Source: Eledone cirrhosa
Taxonomy: Eukaryota
Direction of reading: 5' to 3'
Assembly: GCA_964016885.1 (NCBI GenBank)
Contig: OZ024753.1
Span: 34,782,001 to 34,846,000 of the forward strand
Length of the DNA: 64,000 nt
Of this stretch, positions 1-64,000 are shown piece by piece. The position numbers and the translations under genes were made by a program. The notes under the pieces were generated by a model that worked only from the letters and a program-made list of their open reading frames with translations, did not search any database and was not told the DNA's origin. How positions within the stretch are numbered: the first letter of the stretch is position 1; each line of letters starts with the position of its first letter.

Positions 1-223
1 TAAGAGAGAGAGAAATGAGAGAGAGTGTGAGAGAGAGAGTGTGTGAGAGAGAGAGTATGTAAGAGAGAGAGAGTGTGAGAGAGAGAGTGTGTGAGAGAGA
101 GAGTATGTAAGAGAGAGAGTGTGAGAGAGAGAGTGTGTGAGAGAGAGAGAAAAGAGAGAGGGTGAAAGAGAGTGTGTGTGAGAGAGAGAGAAAAGAGAGA
201 GAGAGAGGATGAAAGAGACTGAC

Positions 224-58224
<58,001 letters not shown>

Positions 58225-58443
58225 CTGGAAAACAATAAAAATATTTTAAAATATTAAAAAATAAAAAAAAAAGAATTTAAAGTTGAAGTGGTTTAACATA
58301 TAATACCAGTAATGTCATTTTTCCAATCCACATATATGAAAATGTGAGAGTCCCAAGAGCAGGAAATAACTGTACTAACAGTCGGTTACTATAGATAATA
58401 GTTGAGAAAATTGAGTAAATTACCCTTAGGAGTGGAAAAAAAG

Positions 58444-58513
58444 GCACCTACAAGGAATCAAACCTCTTATCTCTTGGATATCGTGTGAGTGTCTTATCAT
58501 AACACTAAGGGGC
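58444..58513 (-). pseudogene. Degenerate tRNA-like sequence or SINE head
   Basis: gccccttagtgttatgataagacac...gaggtttgattccttgtaggtgc followed by a T6 tract; stems imperfect. Confidence 0.35.
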
Positions 58514-59489
58514 AACTGACACTTCTTCTACACCCACTTCACAAACTTAATTTGTTCCTGAAGGGCGTTTGTCAGCCGAAATGTTCGTAAACCGAAACTA
58601 TTTTTCCCATATGAAATGTTGAGAGAGAAATACAGTGAGAGAGAGAGAGTGTGTGTGAAAGACTGATAGATATAACCATAATAACTAACTACACAGCAAG
58701 TAATGCTTTCCTGCCGATACTCCCAGCTTGTTGCCAACCGTTATTGCTGGCTTGCTTGTTTACTACTCGATACACCGTTCATGAATCAAGACGTTTTATG
58801 TTTGGAAAAATTGTTCATGAACCGAGGTTCCTCCGTATTTATCAAGATTTTCTCCTCCATCATTTTGAATATTTTCACTGCTAATATGCTCATTAATATG
58901 GATAGTTAAGTAGGCACAGGTGCCAAGACAGCTGGAACTGATAAATGATGATAATTTTGAACACTTCCATTTTTCCTTCTTCAAATCCCAGCTAAATTGA
59001 ATTCGACGTTCATCCTTCTCAAGTTAATAATTACTACATTATCAAAAATGAGATATAGCTTATTGCTTATAATCTGAGCCTTACTTCGTCAGAAATACCC
59101 CTATTATAAATTGGATACCCTATCCAAATTAAGTTATGTGTTCACCTAGTTAAAACTATGGAAGTCAGAATAATTCTTAGTTTGGAGAACAATAACAACT
59201 ACATCTTCCCTACTACTGTAACCAATTATCATCATCATCATTGTCACTATCATGTTTATCCTCACCGCCAGTACCCTAAACACTAGGCCATGAGGCCATG
59301 GTAGAATAATTTATCCCGCATGGCAAACTTTTTGTACCCCGCCCATCCCCCTCAATCTATCTTATTTCTCATTCTTTCTTCTGAGCCCGAAACGTTAAGA
59401 CCCTCTTCCTGCTATATCAAGCGTTAACCTAATATATCCCTTCCATATACTGTACCGATTGTGTTGTTATTTCTGTTTACCTATTACAT

Positions 59490-59554
<65 letters not shown>

Positions 59555-60716
59555 GCATTAAATTAACAATGAAAATCAAAACAACAAAGTCAAGTTACTT
59601 TACCTATTCATATCATTGTTTTACGATCATTTCAGAGGGTCAATCATATTGACATATTGTCAGATCTATAGCAGTTATATAACTGTATACTATCAGACCT
59701 CATATATAGGTTCGATCAGACCATCTTCTTCGGCTCATTATTTTTATTTTCATTGTTAATTTAATACCTAATATCTGACTCTGTATCTAAGGAATTAACT
59801 TAGCGGAACGCAGAGCTTCTCTATGAATTTCACTGGATTACTCACCATCGGATTACATTGAGTTCTATCTACAGTACGGACCTTACCACCGAAGGTAAAC
59901 CACACTGAAACATATATATATAGTAATAATAATAAATTTGAAGACTAAAATTCAAAGAGGGCTCGATAAGGATAAATATATATCAAATATATAAGAACCC
60001 TAGAGCAAATATTTATTAAAATAACAGATTAAAGTTTAAGCAAAGAATCGCTGCTTTCACCCTTAACAGTTAAGGGTGAAAGCAGTGATTCTTTGCTTAA
60101 ACTTTAATCTGTTATTTTAATAAATATATATATATGTGTGTGTATGTATGTATATATGTATGTATGTATACATATATATGCAGCAAATTGGCAGAATCAT
60201 TAGAATTTCAGATAGAATACTTCATAGTTTTCTTTCCAGCTGTCAGCTCTTTGAGTTCAAATCCTGCTAAGACTAACTTTGCCTTTCATACTTTCGAGGT
60301 CCATAAAAAGAGGGTACCAGTCTAGTACAGGGGTTGATTCTAGCTCTATAATTCTTTTTCTCTTTCTCAATTCCTCTCATTCATTCTCTTTCTCCTTCTC
60401 TGTATGAAATCACGTGTGTTTCAACCTGAAGAGGGGTGGTCTCTGCCAGGTTTAAAATGCTCCAAACACACTGTAATGTCACTAAAGCACCTTTGCAACT
60501 CCATCAAGAGTTACAGGTCCATATAAACATATGCCAACACAGACCATCAATAGTTTCCTAGGTTTCTATCATTTCACCATAGTTTTCTATGCAGAGTCAT
60601 TAAAATTCTACAAAGATGTTTACTTGATTAAAACAGACATATATAAAAGAGGAAAAATCTTATTTTTATACTTTCCTTTATACCTTTTGTTTAGTTTTCA
60701 TTTATTTTACACACAC

Positions 60717-60770
<54 letters not shown>

Positions 60771-60848
60771 ATGTGCATGTATATGTATAAATGTGAGTGT
60801 CTATGTGTGTTTATATATACACATACATAATATGTGTGTGTATGTGTT

Positions 60849-60905
<57 letters not shown>

Positions 60906-60966
60906 TCATCATCTATATATATATATATATATATAAACACATACACACACATATATACATATATAC

Positions 60967-60999
<33 letters not shown>

Positions 61000-61328
61000 A
61001 GTCTGTGTGTTTATATATATATGCAAGCGTGGAACATGGACGTTAAACGATGATGATGATATGTGTGTGTGTATCTATTTCTGAGCCACTAAAAAGTGGT
61101 TTATGCAGTCGTGAAATACTTCAAAATAAGCATCAGCTGCAGGAGAAGTTTTAATGAAGAAGATTAATCCAACAGAGATTACACCTTTTGGAATTGGAAT
61201 CGAAGAAGACCAAACCATTTTCCTACCAAGTCTCTATATTTACTAAATATGCATTTATTTATTTAGCTTGTCTGTTTAGTTTTTATTTATTTTACACACC
61301 CATGTGTGTGTATGTATATATATGTGTG

Positions 61329-61523
<195 letters not shown>

Positions 61524-61526
61524 ATG

Positions 61527-61558
<32 letters not shown>

Positions 61559-61618
61559 TATATGTGTGTATATATATATGTGTATATATATATATATGTA
61601 TGTATATGTGTGTATATA

Positions 61619-61663
<45 letters not shown>

Positions 61664-62573
61664 ATATATATATATGTGTGTATACATATATATATGTGTA
61701 TACATATATATATGTGTATACATATATATATATATATATATATAAGTATATATATATATACACACATATATATATATATGTGTATATATATATATATATA
61801 TATACACAGTTCAAGAGTAACCAATCTTAAAGAGAGAGATGGAGATAGTAGAGGAGAGATTGATGAATTAGTTAGAAGCCAAAGGGTAAAGGCATGTGCT
61901 CAATGTGCAATATGCAGTAGAAAGCAGTTAGGTGGCTGGGTTCATGCAGAAGTTAGGTGCGCAGAGCTGGAAATAGTCATTAGTTAAGCAAAACAAGACC
62001 ACAAACTTCACAAGGAAGACATTATTAAAAGATTGTCAACATATTTTAGTTTGATGTAAGGAATGTAGAGAATAATAATAATAATATTAATAATAATTGT
62101 TTCTACTTTTGGCACAAGGCCAGCAACTACCCAGTGTATTACTGATACTTTATTTTATCGACCCCGTAAGGATGAAAGGCAAAGTTAACCTTGGCGGGAT
62201 TTGAACTCAGAATGGCAAGGGCAGTAACTCTATGCGTCAAAGCATGGCGTCCGACCCTCTACCGATACTGCCAATCCCCCGCCTTTAATATTATTAATAA
62301 TATTAATAATAATAATGTCCGTTTACAATTGTTTCGCCACTCCATATAATATTTCTGGATCAGATGACTATATATCATAATTGATCTGGTTCAGTTGAAA
62401 ATAATTAACATATTTAAAAAACAGAGTGGCTCATCGGAACTTCAAAGGAATAGAAATTAAAATAATGGGATAATGTTACATAATATAATGTCCCATATAT
62501 TGGTTTTTACTATGGTGTCTTGGTTGCATCAGTTATCCCATTATCCCATTATTTTAATTTATATTCCTTTGAA

Positions 62574-62693
62574 GTTCTGATGAGCCACTCTGTTTTTTAA
62601 ATATGTTAATTATTTTCAACTGAACCAGATCAATTATGATATATAGTCATCTGATCCAGAAATATTATATGGAGTAGCGAAACAATTGTAAAC
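62574..62693 (+). ncRNA. Type-I hammerhead motif with long stem II (mirror copy at 62321-62440 on the minus strand)
   Basis: gtt CTGATGA gccactc...gagtagc GAAA caattg TA aac. Confidence 0.7.
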
Positions 62694-62818
62694 GGACATT
62701 ATTATTATTAATATTATTATTATTATTCTCTACATTCCTCACATCAAACTAAAATATGTTGACAATCTTTTAATAATGTCTTCCTTATGAAGTTTGTGGT
62801 CTTGTTTTGCTTAACTAA

Positions 62819-62849
<31 letters not shown>

Positions 62850-62852
<3 letters not shown>

Positions 62853-63476
62853 AGGGTTAGGGTATGTCAGGTCACCAGTTGGTGCTACTGGTAACATGTA
62901 TCCCAGTACAACCTGTCTCATGGTCGGGTCATTGGCGACTAAACTGGCAACCCCACCAAGGTATCTTGGTGAGGAGGGTGACTTTGGACATCCTGCAGGA
63001 CTAAAAACAAAACCTGTCAAAGGGCAAAGGAGCTCTTAAGAGTCAATGGCCATCCAAAATCACCGGGAGAGATGACCCCTTAGCCTTTGTCAAGGCAGAA
63101 TTCTAGGAGAAGGAAAACTCTGATATAACACCTGCAACCCTGATGGTATCCAATGATGTTGACTTGTTCTTCTTTTTGGTAAATATCATCTTGGTTAAGA
63201 GAGTGGGACTGGCTTTGTGCAGTGCCTTTGCTCACTATAAAAGCTTCACGGCACAGGCATTGCTTTATATCTGGAGATCTCTCTGCACTTGTCGTCACAT
63301 GGTACCATGGGCCCAGCACTATGTGTCAATAATTGTCACAAGTGTAGTGTTTGTACCAGAGTTTTCAAGTCGCTGGCTGGACTAAAAAGTCACACTCGTT
63401 CAGCGCATCGGTAGGGGTTCTCCTACATGGATATAAAGTAGTGGCCGTACTTGAAAACGAGTTGGCAGCCACCATA
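62850..63476 (+). mobile_element. Internally deleted RTE-like element: putative 5' UTR joined to a C-terminal C2H2 zinc finger
   Basis: 63337-63414 encodes HKCSVCTRVFKSLAGLKSHTRSAHR*; (TA)n on both sides. Confidence 0.5.
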
Positions 63477-63489
63477 TGTATATATATAT

Positions 63490-64000
63490 ATAACAAAGTG
63501 CAGGGCAATAAAGATAGACGGTAGCCACGGAGTAGGCAGACCCAGAAAAACCTGGGACGACATGATAAATTCCGACCTCACACGCTTACACCTCTCCAAG
63601 ACAATGTCACTGGACCGAGACCTTTGGTGGTACTCAGTAATAGAGAAGACCCGCCTTACCTAAATACAAAGTAAAACCTACTACAGTCAGTAGGCATCTC
63701 TAACAAAACACACCCCCGTCCCACCACCCCCACCCCATCCACACCGCCCCTTTCAATGTAAAGTTATGTTGGTGCTACAACATCCAGGCCGAAACAAATG
63801 AGATCGTGTAGGTGTCATGACAAAAAACACACAGTCCATGCTGTAATGTGGCCGTGTAGGCAACACGGTAAAAACCTCCCAGCCCCACACTGTAAATGTG
63901 GTTGGTGTTAGGAAGGGCATCCAGCTGTAGAAAATCCGCCAGACAGTCCTATGCGAGCAAGACAATCACTCTTGCCTCAAGTGGGAAAACCCCCGTCCAA
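63490..64000 (+). mobile_element. RTE LINE 3' fragment (runs off the window)
   Basis: ITKCRAIKIDGSHGVGRPRKTWDD..., near-identical to 52725-53215. Confidence 0.85.

Noticed and set aside
59378-59400. cttctgagcccgaaacgttaag, minimal HHR-like
   Set aside because: The CUGANGA core and stem II are incomplete.

Overview
AT-rich, repeat-dense animal genomic DNA. The SINE and microsatellite content suggests an octopus-like mollusc, which is an inference. The minus strand carries 27 phase-consistent GT-AG exons (about 4195 nt, about 1398 codons) of a neurobeachin-like (NBEAL1/2-type) gene. Its start lies beyond the right edge and its PH-BEACH-WD40 end beyond the left edge. The introns hold tRNA-derived SINEs, RTE LINE fragments, MITEs and satellites. 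The most notable signal is a dense set of minimal type-I hammerhead ribozyme (HHR) motifs, most of them inserted in (TA)n. These include a near-identical 471-bp HHR-bearing tandem array folded back on itself (13387-16040, retrozyme-like) and several large hairpin elements with an HHR at or near the fold. There is also a 5'-truncated Penelope-like element whose GIY-YIG ORF has an in-frame UGA at a normally conserved Cys and a downstream HHR. All folds were made by eye and none is experimentally tested.
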